Assembly (NCBI GenBank): GCA_048937405.1
Contig: JBHLNF010000013.1
Span: 1-64,000, forward strand
From: Promethearchaeota archaeon
GTDB taxonomy: Archaea; Asgardarchaeota; Lokiarchaeia; Sigyniarchaeales; SOKP01
DNA length: 64,000 bases
Direction of reading: 5' to 3'
Part shown: positions 10,194 to 19,222 of the stretch, piece by piece
Position numbering within the stretch: the stretch's first letter is position 1
Layout: each line of letters begins with the position of its first letter
Notes under the pieces: model-generated
Told to the model about the DNA's origin: nothing
Database searches by the model: none
What the model saw: only the letters and a program-made list of their open reading frames with translations
Position numbers and translations under genes: made by a program

Positions 10194-11159
10194 TTACAAT
10201 TTTGCTTCTAATATTCTTGTTATTGATATTCCTATAAGATCTTTACAAATACTTAAAAATTTAGAAATTATTCTTCTAATTATTATCTCTTCTTTATCAT
10301 TTTCAGAATTACTAGAAGAAAATAAGCTATTAATATCATCTATTTCTTTTTGAAAACTAAAAAGTGTTTTTTCTTGTATGTTATTATATTTTTGAACTAT
10401 CTTTAGCAATAGAACCGAAATTCTTTTGAGAATATGAGAATATTTATCTAATATATTTATCGGTAAATTCTTCAATTGAAATGCATAATCCATTAATTCT
10501 TTAGAGTATAATAAGGTAATTCTGTCCCCTAAAGTTCGAACTATTGGTCTATTAACTACATTATTTAGATTAGGATACTTTAATAATGTATGAAGTAATA
10601 TTCGCAATCCTAAATTATACTTCCTAGAAAACTTTTCTTTATAAATATCTTGATTAACGACTGATGATTTATCAATGACTGAATTTATGAAATCATTAAT
10701 TATATTAAACAGTTCAATTAAGATTTCAGGTAAAGAAATTCTTCTTAAATCTAATAAAAATTGAATACAAATTTCATTACCTTCACTTATTATACTTGAA
10801 TCAAAGCCTATTATTTTTCTTTGTAGATTATTTACCATATCATAATAATCTTTATTATTTTTTTCAACTTCAAATTTTAAATACAATTTATCTACACTTA
10901 ACTTAAAGGCAGTTAATATTAACTCTTCAAACAAATTGGAGGACCAATCTTTTAAATCTAATTTTATAACTGATTCTCCTTTTTTATAATTATTTTTATG
11001 AATTAGAATAGTTTCGTCATCTATAGGAAAAACTGATACTTTTGAATGTTCTTTCAAGTGAGTTTTATTAAACCATTCTTGGGGGAATGTAATTGCCATC
11101 GAATTCCCAAGTTTAATTACACTTCTTTCATAATTTTTACTATCTGCCATACTTTTCAA
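10194..11159 (-). CDS. AbrB-domain/PhoU-like archaeal regulator
   Basis: RSVIKLGNSMAITFPQEW AbrB/MazE signature followed by helical PhoU-like region. Confidence 0.75.
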   Translation of the reverse strand: MKSMADSKNYERSVIKLGNSMAITFPQEWFNKTHLKEHSKVSVFPIDDETILIHKNNYKKGESVIKLDLKDWSSNLFEELILTAFKLSVDKLYLKFEVEKNNKDYYDMVNNLQRKIIGFDSSIISEGNEICIQFLLDLRRISLPEILIELFNIINDFINSVIDKSSVVNQDIYKEKFSRKYNLGLRILLHTLLKYPNLNNVVNRPIVRTLGDRITLLYSKELMDYAFQLKNLPINILDKYSHILKRISVLLLKIVQKYNNIQEKTLFSFQKEIDDINSLFSSSNSENDKEEIIIRRIISKFLSICKDLIGISITRILEAKL

Positions 11160-11194
11160 CCATTCTGGATTTTAGATTAGTCTGGTTAAACTAA

Positions 11195-11398
11195 TTATAA
11201 ATTATGTTTCAGATCTGGAAAATAAATTAATTTCTTATTTATTAATATTTCAGTTCGAAAGTATTCTTTATCATAGAATTCAATGAATTCATGATTCCAG
11301 ACATTAATTAAAAATTCTTTAGTTTGATAATAGTTAGAGAATATAATATTTTTCTTATCTAAAGGGCTTGCGCAATAAAAAATATTTTTTTTTTTCAT
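11195..11398 (-). CDS. possible small hypothetical protein
   Basis: 67 aa ORF co-oriented between glnA and the AbrB gene; no motif. Confidence 0.35.
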   Translation of the reverse strand: MKKKNIFYCASPLDKKNIIFSNYYQTKEFLINVWNHEFIEFYDKEYFRTEILINKKLIYFPDLKHNL

Positions 11399-11446
11399 CT
11401 TTTTGGTTTGTATTTTTAAATCATTAAAAAATAAAAAAAAAATTAA

Positions 11447-12949
11447 TTAGTAATCCAAATATTTCATAATTTCCCACGGTGTTACATAAAGACAATATTG
11501 ATTCCATTCATTTGTTTTGTATTCTATAAAGGCATCATAGAGATGTGAACCAAGAATTTCTTTTGATATTGTATCAACTTCCATAACATCCAAGGCATCT
11601 TTCAGAGTTGTTGGTAATTGTTTCACACCTGCAGCTTTCTTCTCAGATGCAGACATTTCATAAACATCTTTATCTACGGGATCGCCAGGATCAATCTTCT
11701 TTTTAATTCCATCTAATCCTGCAGTAACAATTGCTGCAAAAGCGAAGTACGAGTTTGTCGATGGGTCAACACCCCTATATTCTATACGTCTTCTATTTTT
11801 GTATTTTTCACCTTTTAAATACATCGGAATTCGGATTAAAGCTGATCTATTTCTTCTACTATACATAATATTAATAGGTGCCTCGAATCCAGGAACTAAT
11901 CGTTTATATGAATTTACAGTTGGACAGCAAATAGCCGTTAATGCTTCAGCATGCTCGAGAAGCCCACCAATATAATACCTACATTCCTGACTTATCTCAG
12001 CATAATCATCATTTGGATCCCAGAACGCATTTTTACCATCCTTAAACATTGAATTATGAACATGCATACCACTAGCATTATCTAAATAAATTGGTTTTGG
12101 CATAAATGTGGCAATCCATCCGTATTTAGCAGCAACATTTCTAGCAGAAAGCTTGTAAATCTGAACTTTGTCTGCTGTATCCAATAAGTCGCTATAACGA
12201 TAGTTTAATTCAACTTGCCCTTTAGTAGAAACCTCGTGATGATGCATCTCAATGGTATATCCCATTGTTTCGAGTGTATTTGTAAGTTCGTTTCGAAAAG
12301 CATTAGTAGTATCCTCTGGAGGGTTTCTAAAATATGCTTCCTTAGGTCTTAAAATATATCCACCAATATCGGTTTCGGGAGATACAGGATTCACTCGTGG
12401 AGGTCCCCAACTATCTCCAGCACCACCCTTTGGACTGGTAAAAAGATCATAATGTAATATACTTGGATCTATAGATTTGAAAACAAAAAATTCAATTTCA
12501 GGTCCAAAATAAGGTGTATAACCTAATTCTGAAGCTTTATCTATAGCACGTTGCGCTACATATCCTCTAGGATCACAGTCAGCAGCTTCTATACTTCCAA
12601 ATGGTTCACGTATATTCCCTATTAAAACAGCAGTTCTCTGAATACCACTTGTCCAAGGAAGGACATACAAAGCTTGAGGATCAGGATAAAAAATCATATC
12701 ACTAGTATGAAGTTCTCTAAAACCTCGTATACTTGAGCCATCAAAACCAATTCCAGTCTCAAAATATTGATCTCCTTTCAGAAAATGATGAACAGGAGCG
12801 CTAAAACTCTGAAAAATACCTCGAACATCCGTAAAAGCACATAATACGAACTTTACTTTTTCTATTTCGAGGATTTTTTTAGCTGCTTCTACGGCGTCTA
12901 ATTCTGGTTCTATTAAACCTTTTGCAAGACTTTCTTTAGTACTTGTCAT
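11447..12949 (-). CDS. glnA: glutamine synthetase type I (long, GSI-beta-like insert)
   Basis: FDGSSIRGF, HHHEVSTKGQVE, FMPKP..DNASGMHVH, SYKRLVPGFEAP, NRSALIRIP; insertion after PEIEFF. Confidence 0.97.
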   Translation of the reverse strand: MTSTKESLAKGLIEPELDAVEAAKKILEIEKVKFVLCAFTDVRGIFQSFSAPVHHFLKGDQYFETGIGFDGSSIRGFRELHTSDMIFYPDPQALYVLPWTSGIQRTAVLIGNIREPFGSIEAADCDPRGYVAQRAIDKASELGYTPYFGPEIEFFVFKSIDPSILHYDLFTSPKGGAGDSWGPPRVNPVSPETDIGGYILRPKEAYFRNPPEDTTNAFRNELTNTLETMGYTIEMHHHEVSTKGQVELNYRYSDLLDTADKVQIYKLSARNVAAKYGWIATFMPKPIYLDNASGMHVHNSMFKDGKNAFWDPNDDYAEISQECRYYIGGLLEHAEALTAICCPTVNSYKRLVPGFEAPINIMYSRRNRSALIRIPMYLKGEKYKNRRRIEYRGVDPSTNSYFAFAAIVTAGLDGIKKKIDPGDPVDKDVYEMSASEKKAAGVKQLPTTLKDALDVMEVDTISKEILGSHLYDAFIEYKTNEWNQYCLYVTPWEIMKYLDY

Positions 12950-13234
12950 AATAATTCTTCTTTATATTTTTATCAAGAAGTTATATTTCTTTTTTTAAAT
13001 TATATTATGATCAGATATTGTCTTATTATCTATAAAAACTTTGTCTTTGTTCAATTATATCAATCATTCTTGGACATATATAATCATATTAAAATAAAAT
13101 CTGGACAATTGATCTAATTTTGATAATAATAAATAATTAAATTGGAACTATTGCAATATATCTCCAAATTTATTGGACAAAATGAAATAATTTATATTTA
13201 AGATTGTACAATATTATTAATAGGGTGATAAAAA

Positions 13235-13792
13235 ATGAAAAAAGAAGAAGAAGAAAAAGAAAAAGAAAAAGAAGACGAAGTAAAAAAAGAAGACGAAATA
13301 AAAATTGAAAAATTGGACCTAGAAATTCTGGGTATTTTAAATGAAGATTCACGATTAAAGCTACGTCCTATTGCGGAAAGACTAAAAAAATCACCCACCA
13401 CTATTAATAAACATATTAATGAATTAGAGAAAACTAAAATCATAAAAAATTATGGCTTAAATATTGATTATGAAAAATTGGGATTTGATATAATTGCATT
13501 AATCGAATTAACCATCTCTAAAGGTAAGATGATTGAAATAGAGCGCGGTATATCCCAAGATCCCTACATTTTTGGCGTATATGACATAACTGGAGAATAT
13601 GATGCAGTACTTTTAACAAGATTTAAAAATCGTAAAGATTTGAATACTTTCGTGAAAAATTTAAACAGCCTGGAATATATAGTAAAAACTAATACTCATT
13701 TAGTACTCAATGTAATTAAAGAACGAACTGATTTTAATCAATTGATAAAGTTAGAGGAGCAATTATCCAAGCAAAAATCAAAAACGAGCTAA
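13235..13792 (+). CDS. Lrp/AsnC family transcriptional regulator
   Basis: LDLEILGILNEDSR HTH and VYDITGEYD RAM domain; divergent from glnA. Confidence 0.92.
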   Translation: MKKEEEEKEKEKEDEVKKEDEIKIEKLDLEILGILNEDSRLKLRPIAERLKKSPTTINKHINELEKTKIIKNYGLNIDYEKLGFDIIALIELTISKGKMIEIERGISQDPYIFGVYDITGEYDAVLLTRFKNRKDLNTFVKNLNSLEYIVKTNTHLVLNVIKERTDFNQLIKLEEQLSKQKSKTS

Positions 13793-14010
13793 TAAATCAA
13801 AAGCATGAAAAAAACTTTCAAAAGTATGTTTCTATCTTTTCTGATTTAAAATTTTTTTTTGAATTCCTTATTTTATAAAAATATTAAATTACTAGATAAT
13901 AGTTATCTTCTTATAGAAAACCATTACAGGAATAAATTTCTAAAAAAATATAATAAAATTATTTGATTTGAAATTTGGTTAAGATTATACGAAACATAAC
14001 CTTCAAGTTT

Positions 14011-14364
14011 TCATTCATAAACCAGTGAATTATTTGCATCTCTTTTAGAAATCGTTGGAATTGCTATTAATGGTGCTTTTACACTTTCAAACTCATTTAT
14101 TGAATCACAATTCCAGTTGTATGCATTTTTTGTATTAAAATCTGAGAATTTCGGTTCACTTGCGATTTTAACATAAGCATTATTTGGTTTATATCTTCCA
14201 AATGCTAAGGTATTGCATTCTAAGAAGATATCACAATTCCACTTTTGAGGTTTATTTTCGTTAGTACATACTAAACCACTATAGATTGATCTCTCTTCAC
14301 ATACTTGACATATTTTTCTGTCATAATAATATTCCTTTCCACAAACAGGGCATTTTAATGACAT
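14011..14364 (-). CDS. Cys-rich zinc-ribbon-like protein (paralog of 15764-15964)
   Basis: CPVC..CQVC plus two WNCD motifs. Confidence 0.75.
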   Translation of the reverse strand: MSLKCPVCGKEYYYDRKICQVCEERSIYSGLVCTNENKPQKWNCDIFLECNTLAFGRYKPNNAYVKIASEPKFSDFNTKNAYNWNCDSINEFESVKAPLIAIPTISKRDANNSLVYE

Positions 14365-14398
14365 TTTTAACCATCTTTCAAATTTTTTTACAATTTTA

Positions 14399-14412
14399 GG
14401 GAAATAATTCCC
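14399..14412. promoter_or_regulatory. GGGA-N6-TCCC palindromic operator candidate
   Basis: AGGGAaataatTCCCT, 35 nt upstream of the 14364 start and downstream of a TATA box. Confidence 0.7.
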
Positions 14413-14654
14413 TCATTTTTTGTTCTATAAATATAGTTGTGATCACTTATATATAAATCTTCACTTTTTCTAAATTATTTGTTTACATAGTTGGAGAGAG
14501 AATCTAGTGTTTGATATGTAATATGCATTAAAAAATGATCAATTGATATATTGTAGGATTTTTGTCGAGATAAAAAATGATCATATAGATCTGTTTTATT
14601 ATTTTTCTATGAACAAATGCATAATTTTTTAATAGATACAAAACAATTTATAAT

Positions 14655-15155
14655 ATGACTGAACAAATGAGCACTGATAAATTATCTGAATTAGAGATTG
14701 AGATTCTGAAAAAACTAAGTACAGATGGTCGTTTATCACTTCGACAGCTTGCAAAAGCTTTAGGTAATAGATCGCCAGTCACCATTAAAAATCACCTTGA
14801 AAATTTGGAGGATAAAGGTATTATCATAAATTATGGTGCTAAAATTAATCTTGAAAAATTAGGGTACGAAGTTGTAGCAATTATCGAAGTAACAATTTCT
14901 AAGGGACAAATGTTTGAAGTTGAAGAAAAAATAGCCCAGAATCCTAATGTCTTTGGTGTTTATGATATTACAGGGACTTACGATGCCCTAATATTAACAA
15001 GGTTTAAAACACGAGAGGAACTAAGTAAAATGATAAAAGAAATTCATAAATCTCCTAATGTGGAGCGTACAAATACTCATTTCGTATTAAACACTATTAA
15101 AGAATCCAGTTCTTTTGTGAATTTGATTGAGAAAGAAGAGGAAAAGAAGCAATAA
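14655..15155 (+). CDS. Lrp/AsnC family transcriptional regulator (paralog of 13235)
   Basis: DGRLSLRQLAKAL HTH; VFGVYDITGTYDA; TNTHFVLN. Confidence 0.92.
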   Translation: MTEQMSTDKLSELEIEILKKLSTDGRLSLRQLAKALGNRSPVTIKNHLENLEDKGIIINYGAKINLEKLGYEVVAIIEVTISKGQMFEVEEKIAQNPNVFGVYDITGTYDALILTRFKTREELSKMIKEIHKSPNVERTNTHFVLNTIKESSSFVNLIEKEEEKKQ

Positions 15156-15404
15156 GAGAACTCTTTAACGGAATAGATTTTTTCTAGTATGATGTTTTTC
15201 TCTAGATTCAATCAATTCTAATATGAGAATTTAAAAATTGTTCAATGAAATTGATAAAATATATTAATTATATTTCATACGTTTAAACTTTGTTTACAAA
15301 AAAAATTGATCACAGATGATCTGTTCAGTAATAAAAGACTTTATTGTAATATATTTTATAAAATATTTAAAAAGTTATATTTTTGTTTAGAAAAACTTAA
15401 ATAT

Positions 15405-15418
15405 GGGAGAGACCTCCC
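15405..15418. promoter_or_regulatory. GGGA-N6-TCCC palindromic operator candidate
   Basis: ATGGGAgagaccTCCCAT directly after AGAAAAACTTAAATA (BRE/TATA). Confidence 0.7.
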
Positions 15419-15493
15419 ATTAATATAACATACATTTTTTTCATAAATGTAAGTTAAAATTAAAATTTAATTGTTAGATATTTAAAGGAAAAT

Positions 15494-15706
15494 ATGACTG
15501 CAGAAAAACCGTTCCGAACATATGAACAAATTTGTTTAGATAAATTGAAAGAACTTGGAAGATCATCAGTTGCAGAATGGTCAACGGCAATGGGTTATAA
15601 CAGCTCTAATGGTTTAATAAAAGTTATAAAAAGAATTCAAGAAAAAATGCCGGAAAAATTAATTATATATTCTAAAACAAAACCACGATTATATAAAGCG
15701 ACATAA
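15494..15706 (+). CDS. small winged-helix-like protein
   Basis: 70 aa; LDKLKELGRSSVAEWSTAMGY HTH-like pattern with a PRLY wing; AAGGA SD. Confidence 0.65.
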   Translation: MTAEKPFRTYEQICLDKLKELGRSSVAEWSTAMGYNSSNGLIKVIKRIQEKMPEKLIIYSKTKPRLYKAT

Positions 15707-15763
15707 GAATACTCTTTCAATATAATATAAGAAATGAACATAATTTTGCGAGGTAACTAAATA

Positions 15764-15964
15764 ATGATAAAATGTCCAGCTTGTAAGAATAAATATTCTT
15801 ATGGTAGATTTCTTATTCATAATTGCAAAGACAATTCTATCTGTTTTGGGAAAACATTCGAAAAAGAACAGAAATTACATAACTGGAATTGTAATTATCC
15901 GAAAGAATCTAATAATAATAAATTTCATGAAAAAATTATCAGTTCAATGTATATCTTTGAGTAA
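15764..15964 (+). CDS. Cys-rich zinc-ribbon-like protein (paralog of 14011-14364)
   Basis: GAGGT SD; KCPAC...Y.Y.R.....C...SI..G.....E.K...WNC pattern shared with the paralog. Confidence 0.7.
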   Translation: MIKCPACKNKYSYGRFLIHNCKDNSICFGKTFEKEQKLHNWNCNYPKESNNNKFHEKIISSMYIFE

Positions 15965-16061
15965 ATTCAAAATTTTCTATATTCTATATCATAATTAAAT
16001 TTAAAACTCAAACTCTTATATATCGATGTTCTCAGCAGTAAAAAAATGCATTATAAAAACC

Positions 16062-16130
16062 ATAGGTTATATCCCTTCTAATGGAGATTTTCTATGATCA
16101 ATTCAGAGCCATGATAAGGGATAAACCTAT
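16062..16130. other. intergenic long hairpin (candidate sRNA or cruciform)
   Basis: Arms ATAGGTTATATCCCTT / AAGGGATAAACCTAT (15 bp plus 1 bulge), inner ATGG/CCAT. Confidence 0.5.
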
Positions 16131-16255
16131 ATTAAAATAAAAAATATATAAAATTTTATTTTGTAAAACAAAACCAATCATTTCATATAAAAAATTCAAT
16201 AAACAATAGGTCAATTATTGTTTCATCAAATATATATTAGTATAACTTATAAAAA

Positions 16256-16277
16256 TGTTCAAAAAAAAACATTAAGT
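16256..16277. promoter_or_regulatory. TGTT-N8-AACA upstream box (copy 1)
   Basis: TGTTCAAAAAAAAACATTAAGT; 21/22 identical to 21879-21900. Confidence 0.6.
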
Positions 16278-16463
16278 TTTTATACGAGATATTATAGGAA
16301 AAAAAAATTTTCATTTTAATATTACTAAATCTTAAAAAAGTTCAGCATTTTTGGATCTTATGTAAAAAAGATTATTAAAAAATATATAAAAGTTGCATGA
16401 ATGTTTAATTTTTCATATTAAAGTTTATAAACAACTTTGACTTTATATTATTAAAATGAAAAA

Positions 16464-16477
16464 GGGATATAATTCCC
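16464..16477. promoter_or_regulatory. GGGA-N6-TCCC palindromic operator candidate
   Basis: GGGAtataatTCCC downstream of TATA (AAGTTTATAAA) in the hdrBC-gltB promoter. Confidence 0.7.
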
Positions 16478-16666
16478 ATTGAATAAAAATAAAAATTAAA
16501 AAAAAAAGCAAAAAATTATGATTTTGGTCTATAAAAAGAAAAATACCATTAAAGTAAAGAAGGTAATATCTTAATTTAAATAAATTGAGTTATATCTTAA
16601 GCTTTTTTACTTAATTTTTATCTGTATTTTTTAAGATTCTTAAAAAAATGGAAGAGGTTTAAAAAA

Positions 16667-18007
16667 ATTCAGCAAGAGATTGTGTTATTCCCGGGATGTG
16701 TGATAACAAACAGATTTCCCTTTATTGAAGTTTCAATAAGAAAAGTGTTAGATAATCTCGGAATATCATTTGCTGAAAATCCTAAATTTTCTTGCTGTCC
16801 AGATCCAAATGGGATTAAAAATAGTAATAAGTTATTATATTCTATTACCGCTGCTCGTAATCTCGGTCTTGCTGAGGGTGAAAATAAATCAATTTTAACA
16901 CCTTGTAATGGTTGCTTTACAACATTAAAAAAAATTAAAAGCGAAATTAATACAGATCCCCATTTTAAAAGGAAAATAAATAATTACTTAGATAAGATCG
17001 ATATTCAAGTCGAGGGACAATTAGAAGTTTTTCATTTAGTAGAATTTATTTTTAAGTTTAAAAGAAACGAAATCATAGATAGTTTAAGGTACCCCTTGAC
17101 AGGATTAAGAGTTGCGGTACATTATGGTTGTCATTTCCTCAGACCAAGCAATAAAATCCAGATAGATGATCCTATAGAACCAAAAATCTTTGATGAACTG
17201 ATCGAAGATTTAGGTGCAGAAAGTATTGATTATGATCTTAAAATGGATTGTTGTGGGGGCAGTCTTGAGAGAGCTGGAAATACAAGTTTATCATTAGAAA
17301 TTGTTCAGGCAAAATTAGATAATATAAAAGAAAAAGATGTTGATTGTATTGTTGTTTGTTGTCCACAATGCTATATGCAATTTGATCATCTGCAACAGGA
17401 ATTAAAAAAAAATGATGCTATATATGATATTCCTGTGTTATATTATTCTGAATTATTATGTATTGCATTGGGCTTAGACATCAAAGATATTATTAAGAAA
17501 CATCATAGAACTCAAGTCGATTCACTTTTCGAAAAAATCGATCTCATCCAAGAAAAAAACAAGGAAATACAAAAATTCTTTGATTTAAGCTTTTTACTTA
17601 AATGTTACTCGTGTGGGGCATGTGATAATGATTGTATTATTTCAAAGATGACTGAATTTAGTCCTAATATGATTATAGGAAAGATTCTTAAAGGAAAATT
17701 AGACGAAGTAATTTCAGATCCTTCTATTTGGATGTGTCTCGATTGTTATTTATGTTTTGAACTTTGTCCATTTGATGTTGGATTGATTGAAATTTTTACA
17801 GTTTTAAGAAATTTAGCAAAAGAAAGAGGGTTTATTACAAAAGGATATGAAAATGAATTTAACTCCTTTTATCAAAAAGGAATCATAGGAATGCTTTCAA
17901 AAACTGCTCGGAAAAGGGTTGGATTGTCGACTGTTAAACTTGATGTTGGAGATTTGAAGGAACTATTTAATATAATTGAAAGAGAGGATACCAAACTGGA
18001 GGAGTAA
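16667..18007 (+). CDS. heterodisulfide reductase HdrB-HdrC fusion-like protein
   Basis: FPGC, SCCPDP, PCNGC, HYGCH, DCCGG, CCPQC (two CCG-type domains) plus C-terminal CYSCGACDNDC and CLDCYLCFELCP. Start possibly ATT at 16667 after GAGGT (track GTG 16682). Confidence 0.88.
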   Translation: MQQEIVLFPGCVITNRFPFIEVSIRKVLDNLGISFAENPKFSCCPDPNGIKNSNKLLYSITAARNLGLAEGENKSILTPCNGCFTTLKKIKSEINTDPHFKRKINNYLDKIDIQVEGQLEVFHLVEFIFKFKRNEIIDSLRYPLTGLRVAVHYGCHFLRPSNKIQIDDPIEPKIFDELIEDLGAESIDYDLKMDCCGGSLERAGNTSLSLEIVQAKLDNIKEKDVDCIVVCCPQCYMQFDHLQQELKKNDAIYDIPVLYYSELLCIALGLDIKDIIKKHHRTQVDSLFEKIDLIQEKNKEIQKFFDLSFLLKCYSCGACDNDCIISKMTEFSPNMIIGKILKGKLDEVISDPSIWMCLDCYLCFELCPFDVGLIEIFTVLRNLAKERGFITKGYENEFNSFYQKGIIGMLSKTARKRVGLSTVKLDVGDLKELFNIIEREDTKLEE

Positions 18008-18010
18008 ACC

Positions 18011-19222
18011 ATGAAATGGGAAAACTATACATCATTACCAGAACAATACAGAAATCAGAGAGTATTTGATGGATGTGGAATCTCTGGTTTTATTAATATT
18101 GATGGTAGTAGAGTTTCAGGTGATAAGGTTATTGATATGATAAGTATTCTAAAGGAGAGAGAAAATGGATTAGGAGCGGGTTTTGCAGCTTACGGTATCT
18201 ATCCAAAATATAAGGATTACTACGCATTTCATTTCCTTTTCGACAATATTGCTGCAAAAACAAACACTTTACATTATTTAGAAAACAATGGTACAATTAT
18301 CGCATCAGAAGTGATTCCAACAAATACACCAACGAATATTGATAATCCCCCAATTATCTGGAGAGCTTTTTTCGATCCTAAAAAAAGCAATACTCTTGAA
18401 CCGGATGAAAAAATAGTAAAAATAGTAATGGAAATTAATGCGAATATTAAAAATGCATTTGTTATGTCTTCTGGTAAAGATATGGGTGTGTTTAAAGGAA
18501 ATGGTTGGTCTCATGAAATAGCCGATTTTTACAAGATTTCGGATTATAATGCATATATGTGGTTAGCACATTCCAGGTTTCCTACCAATACTCCAGGATG
18601 GTGGGGTGGTGCTCATCCATTTAATTTGTTAAATTGTTCGGTTATACATAATGGAGAAATAACCTCTTATGGAACAAATCAAAGATATTTAAGTTCATTT
18701 GGGTATGTATGCACTCTTTTCACTGATACAGAAGTCATTGCATATTTATTCGATTTATTAGGTCGTAAACACAAATTACCATTATCTATTACGACTATGG
18801 CATTAGCACCTCCATTATATGATGATATTGAAAGATTAAACAAGAAAGAGAAAATGATTATTAAATCGATAAGAGCAACTTATAGGAGTGCGATGCTAAA
18901 TGGTCCGTTCTCCATTGTTGTTGGTTATTCAAACCCAATCCCTACAATGATTGGATTAACTGATAGAAAGAAATTGAGACCTTTAGTTGTCGCAATTTCG
19001 GATGACGAAAATACTATATACATGAGTAGTGAAGAAGCTTCATTTAAACGATTAACTACATCAAATAATGAATTTTCAATGAAAGAAATTTGGCATCCAA
19101 AAAGTGGTACTGCAACTATTGCTATGCTAGGGAAAGGACTAATTAGAAATGGTCTCGAACCATCTTTATTAAAATTAAAATCAAGATCTGAAAGAGGTTT
19201 AGTTAATGGCAATTGTGCATGA
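18011..19222 (+). CDS. gltB1: glutamate synthase domain 1 (Ntn glutamine amidotransferase)
   Basis: DGCGISG nucleophile Cys, HSRFPTNT..W..AHPF, HNGEI, TDTE, DRKKLRP. Confidence 0.93.
   Translation: MKWENYTSLPEQYRNQRVFDGCGISGFINIDGSRVSGDKVIDMISILKERENGLGAGFAAYGIYPKYKDYYAFHFLFDNIAAKTNTLHYLENNGTIIASEVIPTNTPTNIDNPPIIWRAFFDPKKSNTLEPDEKIVKIVMEINANIKNAFVMSSGKDMGVFKGNGWSHEIADFYKISDYNAYMWLAHSRFPTNTPGWWGGAHPFNLLNCSVIHNGEITSYGTNQRYLSSFGYVCTLFTDTEVIAYLFDLLGRKHKLPLSITTMALAPPLYDDIERLNKKEKMIIKSIRATYRSAMLNGPFSIVVGYSNPIPTMIGLTDRKKLRPLVVAISDDENTIYMSSEEASFKRLTTSNNEFSMKEIWHPKSGTATIAMLGKGLIRNGLEPSLLKLKSRSERGLVNGNCA

Noticed and set aside
13235-13300. GAAAAA/GAAGAA low-complexity run
   Set aside because: It simply encodes the E/K-rich N-terminal tail of the Lrp protein.
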